Below are positions 1-12,423 of a stretch of 64,000 bases of DNA, piece after piece. This DNA comes from Amoebidium appalachense (taxonomy: Eukaryota; Protista; Ichthyosporea): assembly GCA_963693365.1 (NCBI GenBank), contig CAVNZM010000017.1, forward strand, positions 1,217,989 to 1,281,988, in the 5' to 3' direction. Below the pieces are notes generated by a model. That model worked only from the letters and a program-made list of their open reading frames with translations. It was not told where the DNA came from and did no database searches. Numbering within the stretch: position 1 is the first letter of the stretch; every line of letters starts with the position of its first letter. The position numbers and the translations under genes were made by a program.

Positions 1-655
1 GAGAGACGTGTACATGTTCGTGTGTACATAAATATCTCTGGTTATAGTTATGCTATTACTATCTTGTTTGTGGATCTGTGCTCTCTTTTCCTTCCTCTTT
101 CTCCTTCCTTATTTTCTTTTCTTTCTCTCCTTGTCTTCATGTGTATAATCGTATTTCTTTTCTACTAATATATGTTAGGTAGATTTGTGTTACTTAATAC
201 GTGTTCATTGGACGGTAACACACTTAGGCTACACTTAGAATAGCATGTGTGTTTAGACTTCATTAATTCACTTTAGTTTTCATGTGTTGCCGGGCTTTAA
301 CCAATCATCAAGGTTAAGTGTGATATGTCTGAGTCTTTGCAGTATGTCATAGGTTAGAACTTCCTTGATGATGACACGAGTTGATCCTAACTAGTGTCTG
401 TGTCCTATCGTGTACGCCTCCGCGTACCGGATCTCTCTGAAAGCAATTGGTTATTAGTGATTGGTTTCTATTAGAGATGGATCTGATTTCCGACTGGTCG
501 GAAATCATGTATGGATTGGACTTAGAGGAATTTCAGGTATTTATTCGAAGATCAGAATAAATTCAGTTTAGTCGTGTCTAAACATTGATGTCTGTTGTGT
601 ACACTGCTCCGATCGTTCCGTGTTTTGTTGTTGTGTGTGTCTGTGGTGTTTTCAC
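1..655. repeat. Left arm of a long inverted repeat (continues beyond window start)
   Basis: 1-655 is the reverse complement of 1162-1816 (paired positions sum to 1817); about two substitutions seen by eye. Confidence 0.95.
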
Positions 656-841
656 ACTGCACCACTGTGTCTCTGCTTACATCCCAAATACTTATAAAAA
701 TTAACACTTAGTAGAGTGCCGCGTCTCTAGTACACATACATTAGGATACGACAAGCTACACCTTTCTTTTAGTGCGGTTTTTCGCGCTAGGGTAACGCGG
801 TGACAGTTCCTTCTGGGCTGTTGCTACACCTCAAACACACA

Positions 842-877
<36 letters not shown>

Positions 878-915
878 ATAAACACAACCACACGAGTTAG
901 GGCACACACCACACA

Positions 916-1239
916 ATGGCTAAGTTTAACGTAGACATGTTCTACGCATTGGCAGCGGAGGATAGCTCCCTGCACACACAGGTACAACAGGTTCATACAC
1001 TAGACGTTAGACAGACCACAGCTTTCAGTTTTACACTCAAACACGACTCGGAAATCCCTAGGTGGCTTAGGACACTCCTAGCTAACACACCCACACTAGT
1101 GTTAGACACAAAGAAGGCCCCCACTGTGGCGGCCTCGCGCTTAATGATCAAACAGTGCATCGTGAAAACACCACAGACACACACAACAACAAAACACGGA
1201 ACGATCGGAGCAGTGTACACAACAGACATCAATGTTTAG
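916..1239 (+). CDS. Hypothetical 107-aa ORF, possibly TE-derived
   Basis: ATG-initiated, non-repetitive ORF downstream of an A tract; no recognisable motif. Confidence 0.2.
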   Translation: MAKFNVDMFYALAAEDSSLHTQVQQVHTLDVRQTTAFSFTLKHDSEIPRWLRTLLANTPTLVLDTKKAPTVAASRLMIKQCIVKTPQTHTTTKHGTIGAVYTTDINV

Positions 1240-1816
1240 ACACGACTGAACTGAATTTATTCTGATCTTCGAATAAATACCTGAAATTCCTCTAAGTCCA
1301 ATCCATACATGATTTCCGACCAGTCGGAAATCAGATCCATCTCTAATAGAAACCAATCACTAAGAACCAATTGCTTTCAGAGAGATCCGGTACGCGGAGG
1401 CGTACACGATAGGACACAGACACTAGTTAGGATCAACTCGTGTCATCATCAAGGAAGTTCTAACCTATGACATACTGCAAAGACTCAGACATATCACACT
1501 TAACCTTGATGATTGGTTAAAGCCCGGCAACACATGAAAACTAAAGTGAATTAATGAAGTCTAAACACACATGCTATTCTAAGTGTAGCCTAAGTGTGTT
1601 ACCGTCCAATGAACACGTATTAAGTAACACAAATCTACCTAACATATATTAGTAGAAAAGAAATACGATTATACACATGAAGACAAGGAGAGAAAGAAAA
1701 GAAAATAAGGAAGGAGAAAGAGGAAGGAAAAGAGAGCACAGATCCACAAACAAGATAGTAATAGCATAACTATAACCAGAGATATTTATGTACACACGAA
1801 CATGTACACGTCTCTC
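1162..1816. repeat. Right arm of the long inverted repeat
   Basis: Reverse complement of 1-655; the arms are separated by a 506-bp spacer. Confidence 0.95.
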
Positions 1817-2688
1817 CCTGAGTGGGTGGATCCGTGTACACACATATAAATATTCTAATCGATATTACAATACACGATTAAAGCCGATACAACACGATTA
1901 CAAGTATACAAGCATATCGGAGATCGATGCTACACTTTACATAATAGGAGTGTGGCATTTACACTAAGCATATGAACTGAAACATAACACAAACTGAGAA
2001 GATCTTACCATATGTAAATACTACGTATTACAACACTAAGTGTACACACACGAAAAGGAACGAACGTGTACAGAAAAACGGTAAAGTTTATTAAGACCAG
2101 GCTCCGACGGGCAAACTTAGATCCGTACGGATTGAGTCTAAGTTACGACTGAGGCCATCAAGGCCGTGCCCTACAAGATCATCATCACCTGGCCCCCTAC
2201 GATGCCACATTCCATTAACATTCCGATCTACTTTTATCGTGCGCCTGCACGAGCTAAGTCGATCTACTCAACTAATATATTTATCCAAGTCTCACCCCTC
2301 ACCCTCCCCCTAGTGGCACCGCAGAGTCTAAATCTACATTTCATACTATCCTCCCCCCCCCTCCCTCCCCCCCTTTCCTCTACATCTAAATATATAAATA
2401 CGTTTGGCAACATATACTATCAAACCTTGCCAATCCTTACAAAAGGGCTTCTGCCCGAACAATGACATTCCTAAGTCCTCCTACGATCTATCCTACACAC
2501 TAATTAGAATTCTATTGGACGGCTGTCCCGGCTGACGTGGTCCAATGCCCTGCGCCGGCAGAGGCAAGATGCACGCAGCTGTACAGCTATCTTGAGGCCC
2601 CGGACTTGATCTTGATGATCTGTGGACCCGGGCCACCCCCCCCCCCCCCCCCCCCGATCTCGATCGTAGACTTAGGCTAATCTGCTGA

Positions 2689-5600
2689 GACGCATTAGTA
2701 TATGTCACGGGTGCCAAATTTTTCACCTGCCTTGATGCACGCAGCGGATACTGGCAAACACTCATTGCTCCTGAGGACCGCAAGTACACTGCATTCAGCA
2801 CACCTGAAGGGCATTTCCAATTTGTGGCCATGCCTTTTGGACTCACCAACGCCCCCGCTTTCTACCAACGGCTCATGAATATCGTGCTGCACGGCCTCAC
2901 GTGGAAATGTGCCGCTGTGTACTTAGATGATATCATCATATACAGCAAAACCTTCGACGAACACATGGAACACATCAAGCTAGTGTTCGACCGCCTTGCT
3001 ACCAACGGTGTACGCCTTAACCTTGAGAAGTGTGCATGGGCACTTTCCCAGGTCGTGTACCTGGGCCACCTAGTTTCTGGCTATGGCGTGCGAGCCGATC
3101 CACAAAAACTCACAGCAGTGAAAACCTGGCCCACACCGACTTCTGTGAAAGATATCCAAACATTCATTGGCTTTGTCAACCACTATCGCCGCCTCATACC
3201 ACACTTATCACAAACCGCTGCCCCTATCCGTGCCCTGATGATTAAAGGCACAGCATGGACTTGGACACCAGAATGCGCCACAGCGTTTGAAGCACTCAAA
3301 CAAGCACTCGTGTCAGACCCGATTGTTGCTCACCCGAACTTCGATCTACCCTTCTATATCGCGTGTGACGGTTGCACCCGCGGTATCGGTGCTGTGCTAT
3401 ATCAGATACACGACGATGGCATGGAGCACCCTATTGCCTACACAAGCCGCGCTTTGCACGGAGCAGAAAAGAACTATGCCCCCACGGAGCTTGAGTGCCT
3501 TGCGGTTCTACATGCAATTCGGCAATTTCGCCCGTACGTATACGGCCAACGCTTCACTGTCATCACTGACCACAACGCTCTGCGTTACCTCATGACAAAA
3601 GAGGAGCCAGCTGGCCGCCTTGCACGCTGGGCACTGCAGCTGACAGACTACGATTTTGACATTGTACACCGACCAGGCCGCCTGCACGTTGTACCTGATG
3701 CGCTGTCACGCCAACCTCATTACCCACCTGCGGTACCCATCAACCCCCCAATCCCTCCTCAGCCCCTCCTGCAACACACCACACCCATCCCACCTGGCCC
3801 TCAGCAATCGGTGATTGCTGCAACCCAACCGGCACCTCCATCCTCCCCGACCATACCACCCGCACCACCAAACTCGCCCGTTCTCCCTCGAGCACCGAGG
3901 CCACCCGAGGATGTGATTTGGCCGGAACCAGATCTCCCCGACGCAACCCCAACCGCTGATCCTGATCTTGTACCGACTGCCACACGCTCTCATTATGACC
4001 CACCGGTTCACCCGACACGAGGACATATTATTGCCGCTATCATACCCTCTTACGCTATCATCGACCCCACCGCACTTAAGGAAGCACAACAGCTTGATCC
4101 GGAGATTAAGCCAATTATCGACTACCTTGTACATGATATCCTGCCACTGGATAACGAGCAATTAGCCCGGCGGCTAGTGCTTGAACGCGACCAATATGTG
4201 TACGAGAATGAAACACTTTACAAAATCAACATCCCCACCCGCCCTGGCTATAAGAACAAAATTCAATTCCGCATTGTGATACCAAAAGGTTTCAAAAAGC
4301 AGGCCCTGCAGGCATGCCACGACGATGTCTTTGGTGGTCACTTAGGCTTTTCAAAAACCTACCAGAAGTTGTGTGAACGCTTCTATTGGCCAAGTATGTA
4401 CGCTGATGCCAAACACTATGTCGCGTCCTGCAACACCTGCCACAGCGCCAGACGGCCGCGTGTAAACCCTCATGCCCCCTTTCAGTCACGCCTGCCCGCT
4501 CAACCTTTTGAGGAGATATCCATAGACCTCCTCATTCCCGCCATAGCCTCCTTCAACGGTAACAAATACATTCTCGTTGTGATTGATAATTTGACATGCT
4601 ACGCGGAAGCATGTGCACTCCCCTCAAAAGCCGCCGATGTTATTGCCCGGTGCCTCATTGACAACGTGTTCTGCCGCTATGGTTTTCCGAAGCGCATACT
4701 TTGCGACGCCGAGAGGATTCTCACAGGCGAGGTTATGACTGATGTCTGCCGTATTCTGAATATTGACCGAATTGTGCTGCCCCCATATCACCATGCATCT
4801 AACGGCCTGGTAGAAAAGCTAAACAGGGACATTATCGATATTCTGAAGATGTATGTGTCCTCACATCAGGCTGACTGGGATATATACCTACCCACTTCCC
4901 TCTTTGCTCTGCGCACATCACTTAATGCCAGCCGTGGTAACACACCCGCGTTCCTCCTTTATGGCTTCGATCCCCGCCTACCCACGGATCTCCCCTTTCA
5001 CCATCCTGACGCTGAACGCCTTACCGAGCAAACATACATGGAGCAAATGCTAACCAACTTGCAATACGCTCGGGCGCAAGCACAAGAGACCTTGCGTGAA
5101 AGCCGTGCGAAACAAAAAGAGCATGCTGACCGCACACGCACAAAACCACCCCGTCTCTACACGCCCGGCACACGCGTATGGGTGTTCACCCCAACCACAA
5201 AGCAATATCGCTCAGGGAAGCTCACGCACCACTGGCAAGGTCCATACCGTGTCGGCCGCGTCTGGCCCGGTACCACCCATGCATACCAACTGATGACTCC
5301 TTGAGGTAAAGCAACGGCCTACCCGGTACACCACGATCGCCTCAAACCGTACATCGATCGCCCCTCCCGCCCGTTAGACGATACCTTGCCGGCCGAGCCT
5401 TCCATTCCCAGGCAAGCTGACCCAGATGCCGCCCCACATGTGCACCAAGCGCAGGCCGAAGCTGTGCGCATTGAAGCCGCCGCGTATGCTCAACCCCTTG
5501 ACGAGGCCGATCTACCGGAAGACACACAATTCCGCCCTGCCACCCCTCCACCTATGCCTCCACCCCCGCCTCCGCCCTCATCCCCAACCCGCACGCCGCC

Positions 5601-5832
5601 ACCTACCCCGCCCCGTACACGAAAGCGACACCACCGGACCGAGAGATCACCATCACCGCCTCCCGCCCCGCCACCACCATCCTGGCAGGCACCCGACGGC
5701 CACATAAATGCGCCATACCAATTCACCTGGCTTGCACCAGGTAGAGCCCGAGCCCCCAATGGTGACCACTACTACCTCCACAAAGACAGACACACCGGCC
5801 AGTCGATCTGGCTACTACAAAAGTACCAGTGA
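2689..5832 (+). pseudogene. pol: Gypsy pol (RT, RNase H, integrase), N-terminally truncated, one in-frame TGA at 5302-5304
   Basis: LDARSGYWQ, MPFGLTNAP, YLDD; RNase H ACDG/GIGAVL/ELECLAV/TDH; HHCC and DDE core; WQGPY. The frame continues past the TGA with VHHDRLKPY to the stop at 5832. Confidence 0.92.
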
Positions 5833-5913
5833 CCGCCTGGACTAAGTTAACTTACCACAAAACTGATACCTCGTGACCGGATGCCGCTGAGTAAGGTAAA
5901 ACACACACACACG

Positions 5914-5992
<79 letters not shown>

Positions 5993-6427
5993 CACGCACA
6001 CTGCCACACACACGCACACAGGCACACACACTGGCACATACCGCACACCACATGCACCCGCACTCTTGACGCATGCACTCAGTCGCACGTGCCCTTTAGA
6101 TCTAGACTTAGTGTGTGTATAGCCGCAGCAAAAAAATGTATATTTAAAATGGCATGTAATGTATATGATGGGCCATTATAGGGCGTCCCCTGCTGTGCAG
6201 TGTCCTATATTGGAAATGGCTGATGGATTTTGGGACTTTGCCACAGCCACGCGCGACACTTCCCATCGGTGTCTCTTAGCAACCCGCTGGCCGGGCGATA
6301 GCTTTCTCACCTCTCTGCTTACCTTTTCTTTTCGTTGTCTCTAGGTAGCTCTGCCTACTGTTTTTGCTTTTGCTTACCCTTGTCTCTTCTGCATGAGCTC
6401 GGGGCGAGCTCACCGCCGCCCGGGGGA

Positions 6428-6691
6428 TGTATGAGCGAGATATCCCTTGGATAGTCGGGCCTATAGACCCCCCTCTCTGATAGACCCCCCTGGCATGCCC
6501 CTAGCCTGCCGCACGCATCATGCCAGCTCAGTCTCTCGCTGGCGCTCTCTCGTTCAGGTCTGATTCTTTCTTGTTGCCACGTGTCGTAGCTCTCCCACGC
6601 GTCCGACAATACAGGCTCACCCACGTTATCACGAGGTCAGTGTCTCTTTGCCTGTCTTGTCTCCTTTCCGTGCCTGGAGCACGTTGACACA
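6428..6691 (+). repeat. 3' LTR of the Gypsy element
   Basis: Starts TGTATGAGCGAGAT right after the PPT, like the TRIM LTR start TGTATGAGTGAGAT; ends GACACA; followed by ATAG. Confidence 0.75.
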
Positions 6692-6734
6692 ATAGATGTA
6701 CTCACTCGCGACTATTGGTGAGTCATCTTATTGT
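6692..6734 (+). repeat. Conserved stem-loop sequence shared with 40611-40653 (LTR target site / presumed LINE-unit 3' end)
   Basis: ATAGATGTACTCACTCGCGACTATTGGTGA(G/A)TCATCTTATTGT, 42/43 identical between the two loci; stem GATG-T-ACTCAC / GTGAGT-CATC. Confidence 0.85.
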
Positions 6735-7622
6735 GCTGGAGTGCGAATTAAAAGTGTGCTTCTTTTAGACCGATTAACTGGTCTTTTTGGGTTGGCGGTT
6801 TGATGCGCATCTCGCCAATTAGAAAATGTAAATGTCATTCGGGTCCGACCCGACCCGGATCCCATAAATAAACCCTCTTTAAATGGACTCGAATGGGTAT
6901 GTTGCCACAGTTAAGGGCTTTGGGAAACTTTGAACGGTTAAATTCTGTATCATAAAACAGTTTTTCAGTGTATAAAAATGTTGTGGGATGTAAAAATGAG
7001 CCTGTGGAATATTTTGCTGGTGATGTATAAATGCCGGATTAAATGCTAGAAAACGGTATGATGACGGGGGCTCGGCCTTGGCTAAGAACCTAATGATTTT
7101 GCGGTGCACATTCAGGTAGCAAGTTTGCACGTGTTTTCTTTGAGCTATTTAGCACGTGTCGTAGTCCTGCATATTGCTTTGGGGAATCCAAGTCATCCGT
7201 GCACCCTTTTGTTTTGTCTTTTAATCCTTTTGTTTCAACAGTTTTCAAAATAAATGTTTAAATATGAGACTCGTAAAAAACAAATCCTTATCGACGTTTC
7301 GTTTTATTACACCACTGTCTCTGGGTGAGTGCTTGCTACAGAAAAGAGCGGCTCACGTTGAATAACAACTTTACATACTTAACATACTTTACATACTTTA
7401 CATAACTTACATTACTTTACATACATGTTAGAACGGCAGAATCTTTGCACCCTTTTGCCTAACAGTATTATACTATCAAAGTGCTTCGTTAATGAATCGC
7501 CCATACATGTACAAAACAAGAGAACGTTAGAGATCCCCCCCCCCCCCCCTCTCCCCCCCTCCTCCTCCCCCCCGGCCCCCCCCCTCCTGGGGGGGGGGGG
7601 GGCGCCTTTCTCCCTCCCTCCC

Positions 7623-7657
<35 letters not shown>

Positions 7658-8696
7658 ATCACCCACCCCACCCCACCCCATCCCCCCATATCCGGCCCTT
7701 CTTTGCCTCAGGGGTAGCGTTCCCTATCGTCGAATCCATTCAGGAAATGCAAACAGATTCTTTTTATGGAACCACAGACTTAGAGCGAAATTTTTTTTGT
7801 AAAAAAACCAAAGAGAAAAACAAACCAAGCGCACACACACGGGTGCGCACAGACACGCACACACCCACTCACACACACAGCAGAGCAGATATTTGTTCAA
7901 TTGATTAGGCACGCACGGACACATGTACACATGCACGAGCCACATAATGTTTTGGTTTTCAGATCCCAACCATTAAAACACACACACACGTTAGAAATTC
8001 ATGCTATTAGATCTCAACATACTATTCATGTACGGAGAATGAATGTTTCGTTTTGGTAGGGGTGGGAGAGGGGACAGGAGGAGAGGGGTGCCTCCGGTTT
8101 TAATTTAAGTGGGGCCTACTGTGCATAACGATTTAATTTTTTTAAAAAATTATTTTTATTTAAATATAACGGAACCCGATGGTTGCACACGCGTGGAATA
8201 AATCAAGCTATCCGACATTTTTGGTGGTAGTTGGTGTAAACTTGGTGTTCGTTCACTTTTTTTTTCGCTTCTCGTTTCGTATGCTCTTTTTTTTTTTTTT
8301 TTTTCCCCTGCTCCCGCATATTTTCTTTCGTTCTTCCCCTCAAAATGTTTCTGTATTTTCTTTTTGACGGTCTGAGAAAGGGAGAGGAGTGAGGGGTAAG
8401 CGGGGAAAGGAAAAGGGGAGGAGGCGCGGGGGGAGAGGGGGGGGGGGGGGGGGGGGGATGGGGGGGATTCGGTGAGGTTGTATCAACTAGCTTTGGGAAT
8501 ATTTTTCCTGACCCATATCAAAGCAATAGGATGTGATAAAGTTTTGAGCTTGAGCCCCCCCTCCCCCCCCCCCCCCCCCCCCCCCCCCACCGCCGCCGAA
8601 AACATTTATAGTTTGAGAAAGGGAATCAACCAAACGGCAAAAATAAATACCGTGTTTCCACATCCCCCCCCCCCCCCCCCCCTCTCCCACCCAACC

Positions 8697-8736
<40 letters not shown>

Positions 8737-9370
8737 CTCCTCCGCCTCCCCACACAACCTTCTCCCCCCTTCTCTCTCTCCTCCCCCCCCCTCCCCCCCA
8801 TCCTTCTCCCCCCCCACCCCCCCTTTCGGAACCACGTGCATTAAGCTCATTAATTCATCAGACACACCACATGTGGGGTGGAGAGTTGCTACTCTTCAGT
8901 GACGCAAGATGGAGTGGTTTTCGGGTTTGGGGGGGGGGGAGGAAGGGTGAACGATGGTTCTGGGCTAATATGGGGAGGAGGAGTCCGAAGCTTTCGAGAT
9001 ACATCATGGGTTTGGTTTAATATTAGGCATGCACCAATGAATGTGACTGAGCCCCCCCCCCCCCCCCCCCCGGCCTCCCCCCCCCCCCCCCCCACCACCA
9101 CCACCAATATAAAACTACGGATTTTAATGGGAAGCGATCCCCCCCCCCCTCTTCCTCCCCCCCCCCCCCCCCCCCATTCCCGCTCTTCTTTTCCCCCTTT
9201 TGTTTCCCCACCTTTCCTTTTCCCCTTAGTTTCTTTTTCAGAGCTTTCGCTTTTCTTCGTTTTTGTCTTCTCTTTTCCAATCGGGCTTGGACTTCGTCAA
9301 TTGTTCTTTTGTATTTGGTGGGTGGACGGGGCCTTATTTTTTATTTTTTATTTTTTATTTTTTTTTTTAT

Positions 9371-9401
<31 letters not shown>

Positions 9402-10950
9402 GGGGTTTGGGGGGTGGGGGGGGGGGGGGGGGGGGGGGAGGGGAAAGGGGGGGTAATCTGTGTGAGTGTGTGCATGCGGGCATACGTGCATGCGTGTGCG
9501 CGCGTTTACGCGCACGGGCATACGTGCATGCGTGTGCGCGCGTTTACGCGCACGGGCATGTGCGTGCGTGCCTGCCTGCGTAAGTCACGGCGTTGTGCGG
9601 GGATGTGCGTGTGCGTTCGCGCATGTGTGCGTTGTTGTCGAGCGTGTGTACATGCCTGATTAATTGTTCGGGTGCCCCAGTCAATTCGACGTGAATAGAA
9701 TAAGTGTGAAGTGTATGCCACAGGATGTTCTTTAAATGTTTGTGGGTTGTGTTAAAACAAAAACTCGAAAGTTTACTGTTTAGTGTGATCGAAGGACTCA
9801 TGCAGGCAAAGTTTAACTGCAGGGGATACATCAATAGATAACGGTCTGTATGTACGAGATGTTAGGTTGAAAAAAGAGACCTACCTCCGCAAACGTTGTA
9901 CCTCCATGCTCTGAAAATGTATTGACATATGTAAAAAGAAAGAAACCTACAGAGCATATATGCCCACCTCAATCACGCCCTTGTGCAGATGATTGAAGAC
10001 GGCCACCGCGTGGATGAAAGGATTATCATAAAGTAATACAAAAAAAAACATAAATTAAAGAGTTCCACCGCACACGTAAAGGACGCTCTCAACAACGACT
10101 CTGATCATGAAGTCATGAGCTGCAGCTAGTTGTTAATTCTGTATTGGTGTGGAATCAATCCTATGTAATTTCTGTATTAAAATATTGAAAGCACTTATAA
10201 GCCTAGGTATTTTGTTTTGGACCCATTGTTTCCAGCAATATATGCAAAGGTTTGTAGCGCGGTGCACGATGACTTGATGATTCTGTGTGGGTAAAAGGAA
10301 GAGCCCGAAGGTCCTATATGTCTCGGATTGCCGAGCACTTGATTGAATACTCCCCCCCCTATCCCCCTCCCTGTCGCTCATCCTTTCAGTCTGAGAATAT
10401 TTTCTTCCTCCTCCCCCCCCCCCTCCCCCCCCTTCCCCCCTCCCCCCCCCTCTCCCCAGCCCTCCCCCCCCCCCCATCCTCTCGATCCATCCCCCCTCTC
10501 CCCCCCCCCCCCCCCCCCCGGGGAGCTCCTCCTTGACCCATCCCCCCTCACAATTGCAAAAGCTATTAGTAGTAATTGCTGAATAGTAAGCGTTATAACT
10601 ATATATAACGTGTTGTCGTGTTTGGGTCTTTCGCGGCAGCGTCAACAGGCAACCCTTCAAACTTTCAAAGCTCACTGCAGTCCTTACAGGGATTGAGTTG
10701 TTTTTCACTCCCTCATTCCGGAGTCCTCTCCCTCCACGGACCTCCCATGGCATCCCCCCCTTCTCTCACTGATGAGATCTCTCCCTCTCCCTTTCCGAGG
10801 CTCTCCCTCTCCCTCTTCCCCTCGAGCTCTCTTCTTTCTTCTCTCCCTCTCTGTCAGTCGATCTCTCTCTCAAATCTCTCTCTCTCTTAGTCCCCCCCCC
10901 CCCCCCTCTCTCTCTCCCCCCCCCCCCCCCCCTCTCTCTCTCTCTATTTC

Positions 10951-11127
<177 letters not shown>

Positions 11128-11238
11128 GATTCAAATGTCGCTTTTTATTATCTGCTAATAAATAGTATCCTTCGCGCATCCACCCCTAAACCAGGCCATC
11201 CGTGGCCCTAAGGGCCGGGGAACACCCCCATCCATGTC

Positions 11239-12423
11239 ATGGCACATGCCTATAATCGTTTCAGAACCTCTTTCAAAGTTCCATCTACACCCATCACACA
11301 TGTGCGACCATTAAAACGTCCAGCAGATACACCTACCACAGATGCACAACCAGAAAAACATCGCCTTAGACTAAGCGCAACACCTATTTACAATACACTA
11401 CCCATTCAGAATAACACCACACCACTCCGTAGAAACACAATAACAACCATGCCGAAACTTTCGGTTGATACAGTACTGGCAGAACTTGCCCTCGTTAAGA
11501 AACAGCTAAATGAGCTGTTACCACTCAAGAACATGATAGAAAAACTCCAAACAGAAAATACCCAACTCAAGCTCACCATTGATTCACTCACAGCCCAGCT
11601 AAACATTAGTGGATCGCAAAACCCCAAAACTCATGAGCAAACATCTCGCGACGGAGACATTTCCACCCCAACACAAAACAACACAGGACCGGAAGCACAG
11701 CTCCCGGCAGAGTTCCTAGAATATGCGAACTCTCGTAAAACACCCGAGCTCCGCCAAATTGCCAAGGAAACATATGCCAGCATTCTTGCAGGCAACGAGT
11801 ACCGCCGCAACTCCCCTCCCAAACCGCCGGCTAAGGGGAACACCCAAGCAAACGGTAACATCAACATCCCACCCAAATACGAGAGGGTGTATTTCAAAGT
11901 CAAGCACGGCAGACGCCCACACAGGGCCATGTGGTCCATCTTCAAGGCTCTCGGCTTCCGGTGCTCTCGCATCCTTTGTCTGTCCTTCATTGGATACGAT
12001 GTGCTGGAAGTAGCAGTACGGGGCGACTATAACCGTGCGTTCATCCGTGACGCGACAAAGGGGTGTGGAAGCTTCTTCACCCACCTCCCAAGCTACGACC
12101 CATGCGCGCCGGAAAACATTCAGAAAGCAGACAAAGAACGTAAAGTGTCTGCTAAGAATGCGTGCGCCACACGTTGTCGTGTACGCATCAGCAAGGCAAA
12201 AGAGTTCCTCGCAAAGTTGGAAAACGATGCTACGAGCGTGATAGACACGGACACGAAGGAACCAATGTTTTCTGGTGAGAAACTGCTCGAGCGCAAACGC
12301 CGATGCGAGATGGAAATCGAGCTCTTCTGCGAACTGTTCGCGCTGGCGGAAGGTCGTGCATACGACCCCGTAAGCGACAAGTGGGAACCAACCCCACAGG
12401 TGTCGGACCAAACCGATGCCTAA
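11239..12423 (+). CDS. LINE ORF1 protein (coiled-coil, putative RNA-binding)
   Basis: 394 aa; heptad coiled-coil LAELALVKKQLNELL...LTAQL; TYASIL motif; overlaps ORF2 by 8 nt (ATGCCTAA). Confidence 0.85.
   Translation: MAHAYNRFRTSFKVPSTPITHVRPLKRPADTPTTDAQPEKHRLRLSATPIYNTLPIQNNTTPLRRNTITTMPKLSVDTVLAELALVKKQLNELLPLKNMIEKLQTENTQLKLTIDSLTAQLNISGSQNPKTHEQTSRDGDISTPTQNNTGPEAQLPAEFLEYANSRKTPELRQIAKETYASILAGNEYRRNSPPKPPAKGNTQANGNINIPPKYERVYFKVKHGRRPHRAMWSIFKALGFRCSRILCLSFIGYDVLEVAVRGDYNRAFIRDATKGCGSFFTHLPSYDPCAPENIQKADKERKVSAKNACATRCRVRISKAKEFLAKLENDATSVIDTDTKEPMFSGEKLLERKRRCEMEIELFCELFALAEGRAYDPVSDKWEPTPQVSDQTDA

Larger units (their letters stand above)
2689..6691 (+). mobile_element. Ty3/Gypsy LTR retrotransposon, 5'-truncated (pol + 3' UTR + 3' LTR)
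   Basis: RT-RNase H-integrase domain order; hairpin TGAGCTCGGGGCGAGCTCA and GGGGGA PPT before an LTR with TGT...ACA ends; no gag, protease or 5' LTR in the window. Confidence 0.9.

Noticed and set aside
1250-2152. Apparent RIP-like hypermutated ORF in one frame
   Set aside because: Stop density in that frame is about what random AT-rich sequence would give, and there is no recognisable motif.
7071-7090. CTCGGCCTTGGCTAAGA resembling the U2 snRNA 5' stem
   Set aside because: No branch-pairing GTGTAGTA or Sm site follows.
9700-10330. Possible decayed gene fragment
   Set aside because: No consistent frame or recognisable domain on either strand.
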